Source of the DNA: Flavobacteriaceae bacterium
GTDB lineage: Bacteria > Bacteroidota > Bacteroidia > Flavobacteriales > Flavobacteriaceae
Direction of reading: 5' to 3'
Length of the DNA: 64,000 bases
Assembly (NCBI GenBank): GCA_029938265.1
Contig: JAOZVI010000002.1
Location: 1,945 to 65,944, forward strand
The notes under the pieces are model-generated. The model was not told where the DNA came from. It worked only from the letters and a program-made list of their open reading frames with translations, and made no database searches. This document shows positions 1 through 9,836 of this stretch, one piece after another (the first letter of the stretch is position 1; each line of letters opens with the position of its first letter). Both the position numbers and the translations under genes were made by a program.

Positions 1-1103
1 GAAGGTCCGCCAATATCAGATAAATATCCCTTAAAATCAGGCATTTTTGTAACAGCATCTACTTCTTTTAAAATAGACTCTTTACTCCTGCTGGCAATAA
101 ATTTTCCCTGATGTGCAGAAATGGTACAAAAACTACAACCTCCAAAACATCCTCTGTGAATATTAATAGAGAATTTGATCATTTCAAAAGCAGGTATCGG
201 ACCTCTCTTTTTATATTTTGGATGTGGCAAACGGGTAAATGGAAGATCAAAAGCAAAATCGATCTCTTCTTCGGTCATCGTAGGAAATGGCGGATTTATC
301 ACTAAGGTAGTATTTCCAACCCTTTGTATAATTCTTCTACCAAAAACCTTATTTGATTCCTGTTCAATTATTTTAAAGTTAGATGCGAAGGTTTTTTTAT
401 CTTTTAAACAAGCTTTATGTGATTTGATCTCTACATCCTCCCAATTTCTATTTTTAGGGATTTTTTCAAATTCATCCAATAAATAGGCTGTTTGTTTAAT
501 CGTTTTTATCGAATTAAAAGGCACTCCTTTTTGCAAAAGCGTAACCAGTTCCCGTAAAGGTTGCTCTCCCATACCATACACCAAAAGATCAGCATTTGAA
601 TCCGTAAGAATATTTGGCTTTAATTGATCGCTCCAATAATCATAATGAGTAACTCTTCTAAGTGAAGCTTCAATTCCGCCAAGAACAACAGGAATATCAG
701 GAAATTTTTCTTTCAATATTTTGGCATAAACCGTAGCTGCATAATCCGGCCTAAAACCTTTATCGCCATTTGGTGTATATGCATCTTTATCTCTCTGTCT
801 TTTGCTTGCGGTATAATTACTGATCATTGAATCCATTGCACCGGCAGTAACCGCAAAAAACAAATTTGGTTTGCCAAGTTTTTCAAAATCCTGTAAATTA
901 TCATTTACATTTGGCTGAGGAACAATTGCAACTCGCAGACCGTAACTCTCCAGGATCCTTCCCAAAACAGCAGGACCAAAAGCAGGATGATCTACATAAG
1001 CATCTCCACTAAAGATGATTACATCTAAGCTATCCCATCCTCTAATTTTAACTTCTTTATTGGTTGTTGGAAGCCAATCGGAAAGTTGATGTTCTTGTTG
1101 CAT
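1..1103 (-). CDS. YgiQ-family (UPF0313) radical SAM protein, N-terminal part. The C-terminus lies beyond the left window edge.
   Basis: Manual translation of the minus strand from the ATG at 1103-1101 gives MQQEHQLSDWLPTTNKEVKIRGWDSLDVIIFSGDAYVDHPAFG... The frame stays open to position 1. A CxxxCxxC radical-SAM motif (HRGCFGGCSFCT) is present near 130-165. The gene is absent from the ORF track because it runs off the edge. Confidence 0.8.
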   Translation of the reverse strand, partial: MQQEHQLSDWLPTTNKEVKIRGWDSLDVIIFSGDAYVDHPAFGPAVLGRILESYGLRVAIVPQPNVNDNLQDFEKLGKPNLFFAVTAGAMDSMISNYTASKRQRDKDAYTPNGDKGFRPDYAATVYAKILKEKFPDIPVVLGGIEASLRRVTHYDYWSDQLKPNILTDSNADLLVYGMGEQPLRELVTLLQKGVPFNSIKTIKQTAYLLDEFEKIPKNRNWEDVEIKSHKACLKDKKTFASNFKIIEQESNKVFGRRIIQRVGNTTLVINPPFPTMTEEEIDFAFDLPFTRLPHPKYKKRGPIPAFEMIKFSINIHRGCFGGCSFCTISAHQGKFIASRSKESILKEVDAVTKMPDFKGYLSDIGGP

Positions 1104-1275
1104 AAAGCAAAAATAAGGTTTATTTAATGATTTTTTAATCAAGTATTGTGTCTATAATATTTGTATGATAGAATTATAGAATAGATTACTATTATTTTAA
1201 CACAATTTTAATAATCAAAATTTAAACCTTTTAATATATCTATTGTCATAATACCAAACATAAAATTTATAAAAA

Positions 1276-1761
1276 ATGAAATATTTATTTAGTTTATTAT
1301 TAGTAGGAATGTCATTCATTACAATCGCTCAAAACAGGGATGGTAATATGAGAGGCAATTATAACATGATGGGTAATAACAGTTTTACACCTGAACAATA
1401 TGCCGAGTTACAAACAAAAAGATTGACTTTGGCGTTGGAACTAACATCTGCTCAACAAAAACAGGTTCTTGAAATGAATAAAAAAAGAGCAGTTGAACTT
1501 AAGAAAAATAGAGAATCCATTTTAGCAAATAGAGAAAGTGGAAAAACTATGTCTTCTGATGAGCGATTTAAAATGATGAATAATCGATTAGATCAAACAA
1601 TTGCTATGCAAAACTCGTTGAAAAAAATTCTTAACAATGATCAATATGAACAATGGAAAGCTACAAAACAACAGAGAAACATGGGATTTAATAATTCTAA
1701 TGGACATAATAATTATAAAGGACACAAAGGTGGATCACATAACAAAATGAGAAATAGATAG
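1276..1761 (+). CDS. Secreted small protein with an LTxxQ-type (Spy/CpxP-like) motif
   Basis: N-terminal signal peptide MKYLFSLLLVGMSFITIAQ. LTSAQQKQVLEMNKK motif. Helical, K/Q/N-rich composition. Confidence 0.5.
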   Translation: MKYLFSLLLVGMSFITIAQNRDGNMRGNYNMMGNNSFTPEQYAELQTKRLTLALELTSAQQKQVLEMNKKRAVELKKNRESILANRESGKTMSSDERFKMMNNRLDQTIAMQNSLKKILNNDQYEQWKATKQQRNMGFNNSNGHNNYKGHKGGSHNKMRNR

Positions 1762-1782
1762 TTGTTAGTTTTGGTTAATTAA

Positions 1783-1818
1783 AAGGTTGTTTAAAAAGAT
1801 TTAAACAGCCTTTTTTAT
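1783..1818 (+). terminator. Rho-independent terminator between convergent genes
   Basis: 13-bp stem AAGGTTGTTTAAA / TTTAAACAGCCTT with one U-G wobble that is valid only on the plus strand. 4-nt loop, then a T6 run. Confidence 0.6.
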
Positions 1819-1831
1819 TTATCTAAAATTC

Positions 1832-2671
1832 TTATTTAGAAACTATTAATCTTTGTCCAATATTGATCTCATTTGATGAAAGATCGTTCATTTGTTTCAA
1901 TTTTTCTACAGTAGTTCTATTATTTTTAGCAATTGAATACAAAGTATCTCCGGTAGAAACAATAACAGTTTTATCAGATATTGTGGTTTCTTCAGTTCTT
2001 ACATTAAAAGTATTTGTCTTTGCATAACCTTTCTTTTTTAAAACCAGATCATCATATTTATGAAGATGATAATCTTCGATTAGATCAATAAGTTTATGCG
2101 AATATTTCCTGTCAGTTGCATAACCAGCTTTTTTTAAGCCTTTTGCCCAGGCTTTATAATTGTCAGGTTTTAAATCAAACAATGACGAATATCTGCCTCT
2201 CGAAGTCAAAAATAAAGAATGATCATGAAAAGAACCTTCCGGGTCTTCATATTTTCTAAAACACTCTCTTTTTTTATCATCGTCATAGCGCACTTTTTTT
2301 CCGTTCCAATCTTTATGACATTTTATTCCAAAATGGTTATTTGATCTTCTTGAAAGTTCGCTTCTACCACTACCCGATTCTAAGATTCCCTGTGCTAATG
2401 TGATACTTGCCGGTATTTTATGAACTACCATTTTATCGATGGCAACCTCTTTATAATCGTCAATATAATTAAGTGTATGTTGATTTAAATTCTCCCCGTG
2501 TTTTTTATTAAATTCGTTAAATACTTTATCACTATGCGCATATAAAGCTTGTTCTTTTTTTATTTTTTCTTCTTTTTTAGAATTTGAAGAAGCTGCTTTT
2601 TTTGAGCTGCTACAACTGGCAAAAAAAACCATAAATAAGATCAATGTCGATAATAAAACTCTTTGCATCAT
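1832..2671 (-). CDS. Glucosaminidase (mannosyl-glycoprotein endo-beta-N-acetylglucosaminidase family) lipoprotein with a C-terminal LysM domain
   Basis: Lipobox FFASCSS. ITLAQGILESGSGRSELSRRSNNHFGIK glucosaminidase motif. C-terminal TGDTLYSIAKNN...INIGQRL LysM. ATGA overlap with the upstream gene. Confidence 0.75.
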   Translation of the reverse strand: MMQRVLLSTLILFMVFFASCSSSKKAASSNSKKEEKIKKEQALYAHSDKVFNEFNKKHGENLNQHTLNYIDDYKEVAIDKMVVHKIPASITLAQGILESGSGRSELSRRSNNHFGIKCHKDWNGKKVRYDDDKKRECFRKYEDPEGSFHDHSLFLTSRGRYSSLFDLKPDNYKAWAKGLKKAGYATDRKYSHKLIDLIEDYHLHKYDDLVLKKKGYAKTNTFNVRTEETTISDKTVIVSTGDTLYSIAKNNRTTVEKLKQMNDLSSNEINIGQRLIVSK

Positions 2672-3591
2672 TCAATAATTAATGGTAAATCTTTTTGTTT
2701 TAAACGAGTATTCATTCCGTTAATTCCTTGCAAGCCACCCGTATGAATTGCCAGAATCTTTGTTCCTTCCTTAAAATATCCTTTTTTTATCAGATCAACA
2801 ATACCAAACATCATTTTACCGGTATAGATCGGATCTAAAGGTATTTTGGTTTCTTCTTTAAAGGTATTGATAAAATTAATCAAATCGCTGTTAACTTTAC
2901 CAAAACCACCAAAATGGTAATCAGATATTAAACTCCAATTTTTATTTTGTATTGTGTATTTTTCAATTTCTTTTCTTAAAAAATCACCTTTTAAGGCCGG
3001 AAAACCTAAAACCTTTTGATGTTCTTTAGCCGAATTAATCAATCCAGCAATAGTTCCACCTGTTCCAATCGCACTAGAAATTACATCAAATTTTTCATCT
3101 TTTTGCTTTAAAATTTCCTCGCAACCTTTAATAGCAAGCTCATTGGTACCTCCCTCAGGAACTAAATAGAAGTCTCCAAACTCTTTATGCAGATTATCAA
3201 TAAAACTATCTGCATGTTTTAGTCTGTAATCACTTCTTGAAACAAATTTAAATTGCATTCCATGTTCTCTGGCAATTTGCAAAGTACGATTGTGTTTTAA
3301 GACTTCTTCAAGATTCTCATCGAGTTCATCACCCCTAATAATTCCAATCGTTTTAAAATCAAATTTTTTTCCTGAGAAAGCTACAGCGCTGATATGATTT
3401 GAAAATGCACCGCCAAAAGTTAATAAAGTATCCTTTTTTTCTTCTTTAGCTTTTGATAAATTGTATTTTAATTTTCGGTATTTATTACCTGAAATAAAAG
3501 GATGTATCTGATCTTCTCTTTTCATATAAAGAGAAATATCATAATTTTCAAATTCTTTTAAAATTACAGATTGATTTATTATCTCTTTCAC
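2668..3591 (-). CDS. PLP-dependent 1-aminocyclopropane-1-carboxylate deaminase / D-cysteine desulfhydrase family protein
   Basis: GNKYRKLKYNL with the PLP lysine context, GGAFSNHI and GTGGT motifs. About 307 aa, typical of the family. Confidence 0.75.
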   Translation of the reverse strand: MKEIINQSVILKEFENYDISLYMKREDQIHPFISGNKYRKLKYNLSKAKEEKKDTLLTFGGAFSNHISAVAFSGKKFDFKTIGIIRGDELDENLEEVLKHNRTLQIAREHGMQFKFVSRSDYRLKHADSFIDNLHKEFGDFYLVPEGGTNELAIKGCEEILKQKDEKFDVISSAIGTGGTIAGLINSAKEHQKVLGFPALKGDFLRKEIEKYTIQNKNWSLISDYHFGGFGKVNSDLINFINTFKEETKIPLDPIYTGKMMFGIVDLIKKGYFKEGTKILAIHTGGLQGINGMNTRLKQKDLPLIIE

Positions 3592-3606
3592 CTTATGATC
3601 ACTTAC

Positions 3607-3954
3607 TTAATAATACTTTAAAAAACTCCAAAATTTTCGTTTGCGAAGATAAGTAAGATTTTTTTCATTTCTATAGGCCTCTTTTTCAAAGCTTATATGA
3701 TAATAAGCACTCATAAAATCCTTATACTTAACCAGATTAATACTAAATTCTAATAAATACCAAATAAAATATATAAACCACAACATTTCAATTTGTTGCC
3801 TTAAATGTATCTTTTCATGATTGATAATTACTTTATTATCTTTTAAATTCTTATTTTTCAATATAATAAAAGGCCAAATAGTTAGAGCGTTAAAACTTGA
3901 AAGAAAAAAATATTTAGAAAATATAAACATCAAATTAAATTTATAAAATTGCAA
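3607..3954 (-). CDS. Small membrane protein with an HExxH motif (putative minimal metalloprotease-like protein)
   Basis: 115 aa with hydrophobic segments. HEKIH followed by downstream glutamates (FEKEAY). Confidence 0.45.
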   Translation of the reverse strand: MQFYKFNLMFIFSKYFFLSSFNALTIWPFIILKNKNLKDNKVIINHEKIHLRQQIEMLWFIYFIWYLLEFSINLVKYKDFMSAYYHISFEKEAYRNEKNLTYLRKRKFWSFLKYY

Positions 3955-3973
3955 AAAACAAATACATTTGCAT

Positions 3974-4132
3974 ATGCAATTTAAAAATAATAATCTAGAA
4001 TCAGAAAATTTTTATTATTCAAAAGATGGTTATAAAGTATTTACCGAAAAATTCCATTTAGAAAGAGGTTATTGCTGTAAAAATAATTGCAAACATTGTC
4101 CATATGGATTTAATCCTGCAAAAGATCTTTAA
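3974..4132 (+). CDS. Small cysteine-rich protein (52 aa), DUF5522-like
   Basis: Manual translation: MQFKNNNLESENFYYSKDGYKVFTEKFHLERGYCCKNNCKHCPYGFNPAKDL. The CC-x3-C-x2-C motif and the YxxFTEKxHLxRGYCC context match a Bacteroidota small-protein family as I recall it. It falls below the length cutoff of the ORF track. Confidence 0.65.
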   Translation: MQFKNNNLESENFYYSKDGYKVFTEKFHLERGYCCKNNCKHCPYGFNPAKDL

Positions 4133-4144
4133 AATTAAATAATT

Positions 4145-6199
4145 ATGAATTCATTTCAACAACAAATCACACAAGGAATTCCGGATATATTACCGAATCT
4201 AAAACCCTATAATAAAAGTTTAAATCACGCTCCCAAGCGAAAAGATATATTAAACACAGCCGAAAAAGAGCTGGCTATTCGAAATGCATTGAGATATTTT
4301 GATAAAGAGCATCATTTGGTTTTGGCAAAAGAATTTGCTGATGAATTGAACAAATACGGTAGAATTTATATGTACAGATTTATACCAGATTATGAAATAT
4401 ACGCCCGTCCAATTGATGCATATCCGGGTAAAAGCAATCAGGCAAAAGCCATTATGCATATGATTCAAAATAATTTGAATTTTTCTGTGGCTCAACATCC
4501 TCATGAATTGATAACCTATGGTGGTAATGGTGCTGTTTTTCAAAACTGGGCACAGTATCTATTGACCATGAAGTATTTGTCCGAAATGAATGATGAACAA
4601 ACTTTGGTGATGTATTCCGGACATCCAATGGGTTTATTTCCTTCACATAAAAATGCGCCGAGGGTAGTTGTTACCAATGGTATGATGATTCCAAATTACT
4701 CTAAACAAGACGACTGGGAAAAATTCAATGCCTTGGGAGTTACCCAATATGGACAAATGACAGCGGGTAGTTTTATGTATATCGGTCCGCAAGGAATTGT
4801 ACACGGTACAACGATAACCGTTCTAAATGCAGGAAGGAAAATTGCAAAAAATGGTGAGAATCTGGCAGGTAAGATTTTTTTAACTTCTGGTTTAGGAGGC
4901 ATGAGTGGTGCACAGCCAAAAGCTGGAAATATTGCAGGCTGCATTACTGTTTGTGCCGAAATAAATCCTAAAGCCGTTTACACTAGACATTCGCAAAATT
5001 GGGTTGACGAAGTTATTGAAGATCTGGATGAGCTTGTACAAAGGGTTAAAAAAGCTAAAAATAATAAAGAAATCGTTTCCATTGCCTATCAGGGAAATAT
5101 TGTAGATGTATGGGAAAAATTTGATATAGAAGATGTTTATATCGATTTAGGAAGTGATCAAACTTCTCTGCATAATCCTTGGGCTGGGGGATATTATCCT
5201 GTTGGTTACAGTCTTGAAGAAGCAAATGAAATGATGACAAACAATCCTGAGAAATTTAAGGAAAAAGTTCAGGAATCACTACGTCGTCAAACGGATGCTA
5301 TCAACAAACATACAGCAAAAGGCACTTACTTTTTTGATTATGGAAATGCATTTTTACTAGAGGCTTCGCGTGCAGGTGCAGATATATTTTTAAAATCACC
5401 AACTTTTCAAAATCGCAAAAACCCTCCAATTTCAAGAGGAGCAATTGGTGTTAATGAATTTGCCTATGCATCCTATGTTGAAGATATCATGGGACCCATG
5501 TGCTTTGATTTTGGTTTTGGGCCTTTTAGATGGGTTTGCGCTTCCGGTGACCCAAAAGACCTGGCTAAAACAGATCAGATTGCTACCGAAGTTTTAAATG
5601 ATTTGATGAAAAATTCTCCTGCTGAAATTCAGCAGCAAATGAATGATAATATTCAATGGATAAAAGGCGCTCAGGAAAATAAATTAGTTGTAGGCTCACA
5701 AGCAAGGATCTTATACGCTGATGCCGTTGGAAGAATTAAGATTGCCGAAGCTTTTAATCTTGCCATTAAGAATGGTGAATTATCGGCACCTGTTGTTTTG
5801 GGTAGGGATCATCATGATGTATCCGGCACAGATTCTCCTTATCGGGAAACCGCTAATATTTACGATGGATCACAATTTACAGCCGATATGGCTATTCATA
5901 ATGTTATAGGCGATAGCTTTAGAGGTGCAACCTGGGTTTCTATTCATAATGGCGGTGGAGTTGGATGGGGAGAAGTTATCAATGGGGGCTTTGGTATGGT
6001 TCTTGATGGTACTGAGGAAGCAAGCAAACGATTAAAATCAATGCTATTTTGGGATGTTAACAATGGAATTAGCAGACGAAGCTGGGCTCGCAATAAAGGT
6101 GCTGTAAATACAGCAAAACGAGCTATGAAGATGGAACCAAATTTAAAAATTACGATACCCAACACTGTTGATAATACATTGCTTGAAAATTTATTCTAA
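4145..6199 (+). CDS. hutU: Urocanate hydratase (long Bacteroidota form)
   Basis: ELITYGGNGAVFQNWAQY, GQMTAGSFMYIGPQGIVHGT, GLGGMSGAQPKA and GPFRWVCASGDP motifs. Confidence 0.9.
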   Translation: MNSFQQQITQGIPDILPNLKPYNKSLNHAPKRKDILNTAEKELAIRNALRYFDKEHHLVLAKEFADELNKYGRIYMYRFIPDYEIYARPIDAYPGKSNQAKAIMHMIQNNLNFSVAQHPHELITYGGNGAVFQNWAQYLLTMKYLSEMNDEQTLVMYSGHPMGLFPSHKNAPRVVVTNGMMIPNYSKQDDWEKFNALGVTQYGQMTAGSFMYIGPQGIVHGTTITVLNAGRKIAKNGENLAGKIFLTSGLGGMSGAQPKAGNIAGCITVCAEINPKAVYTRHSQNWVDEVIEDLDELVQRVKKAKNNKEIVSIAYQGNIVDVWEKFDIEDVYIDLGSDQTSLHNPWAGGYYPVGYSLEEANEMMTNNPEKFKEKVQESLRRQTDAINKHTAKGTYFFDYGNAFLLEASRAGADIFLKSPTFQNRKNPPISRGAIGVNEFAYASYVEDIMGPMCFDFGFGPFRWVCASGDPKDLAKTDQIATEVLNDLMKNSPAEIQQQMNDNIQWIKGAQENKLVVGSQARILYADAVGRIKIAEAFNLAIKNGELSAPVVLGRDHHDVSGTDSPYRETANIYDGSQFTADMAIHNVIGDSFRGATWVSIHNGGGVGWGEVINGGFGMVLDGTEEASKRLKSMLFWDVNNGISRRSWARNKGAVNTAKRAMKMEPNLKITIPNTVDNTLLENLF

Positions 6200-6209
6200 A
6201 TTTAAGGTT

Positions 6210-6782
6210 ATGAGATTCTTTAAAGTATTTCCAATTTTATTATTTTTTTTGATTGCCTCATGTTCATCAGTTAATGTTAACTCAGACTACGAAAAGAATA
6301 CTGATTTTTCTAATTATAAATCTTATGCTTTTTATAAAAAAGGAATCGATAAAGTTGAAATTTCTGATCTGGATAAGCGTAGAATACTAAGGGCAATAGA
6401 AGCCGAAATGCTAGCTAAAGGATTTGTTAAATCAGAAGATCCGGATCTGTTGGTTAGTATCTTTACTAAATCTCGTGAAAAAATTGATGTTTATAATAAT
6501 AATTATTATGGCTGGTACCCATGGTATTACGGCTATGGCTATGGTTATGGCGGCTATGGAATGGGATATGGCTTTGGTTATAACAATGTTTCATCTTCAA
6601 CAGAAGGAACGCTTTTTATTGACCTGATCGATGCACATAAAAAAGAACTTGCCTGGCAAGGTATGGGAACAGGAATACTTTCAAAGACTAAAAGTATAGA
6701 AAAAAAAGAAGCAAGGATCAGTGAATTCGTATCTAAGATAATGATACAATACCCACCAGTAATTGATGAATCAAAAAAATAA
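6210..6782 (+). CDS. DUF4136-like lipoprotein with an internal Gly/Tyr-rich segment
   Basis: Start moved to the ATG at 6210, giving MRFFKVFPILLFFLIASCSS (lipobox). The track ORF begins 42 nt upstream, inside the hutU 3' end. Confidence 0.6.
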   Translation: MRFFKVFPILLFFLIASCSSVNVNSDYEKNTDFSNYKSYAFYKKGIDKVEISDLDKRRILRAIEAEMLAKGFVKSEDPDLLVSIFTKSREKIDVYNNNYYGWYPWYYGYGYGYGGYGMGYGFGYNNVSSSTEGTLFIDLIDAHKKELAWQGMGTGILSKTKSIEKKEARISEFVSKIMIQYPPVIDESKK

Positions 6783-6789
6783 GGTGTCT

Positions 6790-8706
6790 TTATAGCACTT
6801 CAAGTTTGTTATGTATTTCTTCCCACTGCTCCATTAATTCATCAACTTGGGTTTTCTTTGCCTGATAATTATTAAAAAAATCTTTATCAGAAGAAACTTT
6901 TTCAAAATTTTCATATATTTCAGCATCGTCATTTAATATATGTTTTTCTAATATTGAAATTTTAGATTCAATTTTATTCAATTTATTCTGTAGTTGTTTT
7001 TTTTGTTTTAACTCCAGATAACTTTTTTTACCCCCTGAATTCTTTTTTTTATCAATCTCATTTTCTTTTAGTGTACGCATCTCTACTTCACGCATATCAT
7101 CAAGATCATGTTGTTCTAGAAAATAGTTAATGTCACCCAAATACTCTTTAATATTTCCATCTTTAAATGAATAAACTTTTTCTGTTAGATTTTGTAAGAA
7201 ATCTCTATCATGAGATACTAAGATCAAGGTTCCTTCAAATTGCTGTAAAGCTTTTTTTAATACATTTTTTGATGCTATATCTAAATGATTGGTTGGCTCA
7301 TCCATTATTAGAACATTAAAAGGTGCCAGCAACATTTTACATAGAGCCAGGCGATTTCTTTCACCTCCAGAAAGAACCTTCACTTTTTTTTCAACATCAT
7401 CTCCCCTAAACAAAAATGAACCAAGCATATCTCTTACTTTAATTCTGTTGGAGTCATTAGCAGCTTCCTCCATAGTTTGCAAAACAGTAAGGTCACCTTC
7501 TAAATAATCTACCTGATTTTGAGCAAAATATCCTATTTGAACATTATGTCCTAGTTTTAATTTTCCATCAAAATCAATGTCACCAACAATCATTTTAGCC
7601 AAGGTAGATTTTCCTTGTCCATTTTGACCGATAAAAGCAATTTTACTATTCCGTTCAATTAAAAGATTTACATTTTCTAAAACCTGATTATCTCCATAAT
7701 TTTTAGCAACATTTTCAGCTTCTATCACAACTTTACCAGGTACTATAGATACCGGGAAACGTACATTCATAACAGCATTATCTTCAACATCAACTTCTAT
7801 CCGTTCTACTCTGTTTAATTTTTTAATTAATGATTGAGCCATTGATGCTTTATTAGCCTTAGCCCTAAATTTTTCGATTAGTTGTTCGGTTTGTTTGATT
7901 TCTTTTTCCTGATTTTTTTGGGATTGTAATTGTTTTTCTGTAATCTCTTTTCTCAAGAGTAGATATTCGGAGTAAGGCTTTTTGAAATTATAAATTTTCC
8001 CTAAAGAAATTTCAATCGTGCTATTGGTTACATTGTCCAAAAACATTTTATCATGTGACACCATCATTATAGCGCCGTTGAAGTTTTTTAAAAAATTTTC
8101 AAACCAAATAATTGATTCTATATCCAAATGATTGGTTGGTTCATCTAATAATAATATATCATGATTTTGTAAAAGTAATTTTGCCAATTCAATTCTCATC
8201 CTCCAACCTCCTGAAAATATGTTGGTAGGCATATTAAAATCTTTTGACTGAAAACCTAAACCCTGTAGTATCCTTTCGGTTTCTCCTTGATAATTATAAC
8301 CGCCTATCAATTCATAACGGTGTGATAAATCATCTAATTTATGCATCAGATCATGATAATATTCACTTTCATAATCCGTTCTTTCAGCCAACTCAATATT
8401 AATTTCCTCCAATTCTTTTTCAATAGTTTTAATCTCTTTAAAAGCTTCATAGGCTTCTTCTAAAACTGTTCTACCTTCCTCAAAATCAATATCCTGCTTT
8501 AAAAAACCAATACTGATATCTTTTTCAATAGCAATGCTTCCTTTATCATATTCCTGCTCACCGGAAATTATTTTTAACAAAGTAGTTTTCCCGGCTCCGT
8601 TTTTACCAACTAAACCAATTCTATTACCGACATTCAATTTAAATGTTATACCCGAGAACAGATCTTCTCCGGAAAAAGAAACCGTTAAATCATGAATATT
8701 TAGCAT
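6790..8706 (-). CDS. ABC-F family ATPase (two ABC domains, C-terminal coiled coil)
   Basis: Two Walker A motifs (GKNGAGKTT, GQNGQGKST). Two LSGG signatures (FSGGWRMR, LSGGERNR). No transmembrane domains. Confidence 0.9.
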   Translation of the reverse strand: MLNIHDLTVSFSGEDLFSGITFKLNVGNRIGLVGKNGAGKTTLLKIISGEQEYDKGSIAIEKDISIGFLKQDIDFEEGRTVLEEAYEAFKEIKTIEKELEEINIELAERTDYESEYYHDLMHKLDDLSHRYELIGGYNYQGETERILQGLGFQSKDFNMPTNIFSGGWRMRIELAKLLLQNHDILLLDEPTNHLDIESIIWFENFLKNFNGAIMMVSHDKMFLDNVTNSTIEISLGKIYNFKKPYSEYLLLRKEITEKQLQSQKNQEKEIKQTEQLIEKFRAKANKASMAQSLIKKLNRVERIEVDVEDNAVMNVRFPVSIVPGKVVIEAENVAKNYGDNQVLENVNLLIERNSKIAFIGQNGQGKSTLAKMIVGDIDFDGKLKLGHNVQIGYFAQNQVDYLEGDLTVLQTMEEAANDSNRIKVRDMLGSFLFRGDDVEKKVKVLSGGERNRLALCKMLLAPFNVLIMDEPTNHLDIASKNVLKKALQQFEGTLILVSHDRDFLQNLTEKVYSFKDGNIKEYLGDINYFLEQHDLDDMREVEMRTLKENEIDKKKNSGGKKSYLELKQKKQLQNKLNKIESKISILEKHILNDDAEIYENFEKVSSDKDFFNNYQAKKTQVDELMEQWEEIHNKLEVL

Positions 8707-8875
8707 AAAGGCAGTTTTATTAATTTGTAAAATTTATAGTTTACAAATTTATGATAATTTATGTTTTTTCCTATTCTTAAATTATATACAGAGCAAACAC
8801 ATTTAAAAAATTATAATGATGTATTTGACCCAAATTTTTTAAGTTAAATATACATGATTTTTCAATAAGAATTTT

Positions 8876-8910
8876 CCAAAAAAAAAAACTCCTGCCAAAA
8901 AGCAGGAGTT
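8876..8910 (-). terminator. Rho-independent terminator downstream of gldN
   Basis: 9-bp stem AACTCCTGC / GCAGGAGTT, followed on the minus strand by a run of about 11 T. Confidence 0.7.
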
Positions 8911-8931
8911 CTATTTTATATTTAGAATGGA

Positions 8932-9825
8932 TTAATAATTCCACATATCTAATTCTTTATTTCTGATATCTTCCTTAAGCTTCTCGGATTCTAACACTTG
9001 AAAAAGAGAATTTCCTTTGATATATTCAGAAACATCACGGTTGGCATAAATATTTTCTTCTCGATAAATTATGGCATTAAAACGTCGTGCATTCAATAAA
9101 TGATCAAATGATAATGGATATGCTGAATTTTTCTGATTGAACACTTTCATATCAAAAGTTGTATAGCGAGCACCAGGGTACCATACCCAAAACAGATCTA
9201 CCATATCATCTTCTCCACCTTCACCATCAATAAAGTTAACATCGGGTGCGACAGGTGAAATACCTAATAAGCGGTATTTTAATTCACCTTGACGTTTGTC
9301 AAAATACCAAACACCTTTTACTTTAAAACCTTGAATATCAGCTGAAGTAATATCTCTTCTATCAATATATTCATCTGTTAATTCTTCACCGGCATTTAAT
9401 CTTTCAATACCTGCATTAGAAGTATCAATTCTGGATAAACGTGCACTAATATCTTTTAAAGTTAGTTTATCTTCAAAATATGAATCATCATAAACATCTA
9501 TTACTTCACCGTTTTTAATACCTCTTAACAAAGTATCGAAAAGAGATCGACGGTCTGAACTAATGTTACTGGTATCTACCGGATAGTAATATGGCATATT
9601 AATCTTTTCATTAAGATCAACATATTCCCATACTACCTTCGACCATAAGATATCTCTATCATCAATGTATCCATATGGTAACGGACGATCATTGTCGGCA
9701 GCTAATTGTTCTGGCGTTTTCATCCCAATTTGTTCTGGGATTTTAGCATTTAACAAGTTAGCCTGAGCGCTTACATACCCTGTTGATAAAAGGGTGATTG
9801 CTATTATTAAACTTCTTAATTTCAT
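8932..9825 (-). CDS. gldN: Gliding motility / T9SS protein GldN (PorN)
   Basis: Signal peptide. Last gene of the gldKLMN order. Sequence is typical of GldN (PYGYIDDRDILWSKVVWEYVDL). Confidence 0.85.
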   Translation of the reverse strand: MKLRSLIIAITLLSTGYVSAQANLLNAKIPEQIGMKTPEQLAADNDRPLPYGYIDDRDILWSKVVWEYVDLNEKINMPYYYPVDTSNISSDRRSLFDTLLRGIKNGEVIDVYDDSYFEDKLTLKDISARLSRIDTSNAGIERLNAGEELTDEYIDRRDITSADIQGFKVKGVWYFDKRQGELKYRLLGISPVAPDVNFIDGEGGEDDMVDLFWVWYPGARYTTFDMKVFNQKNSAYPLSFDHLLNARRFNAIIYREENIYANRDVSEYIKGNSLFQVLESEKLKEDIRNKELDMWNY

Positions 9826-9836
9826 AACTATTTTGT

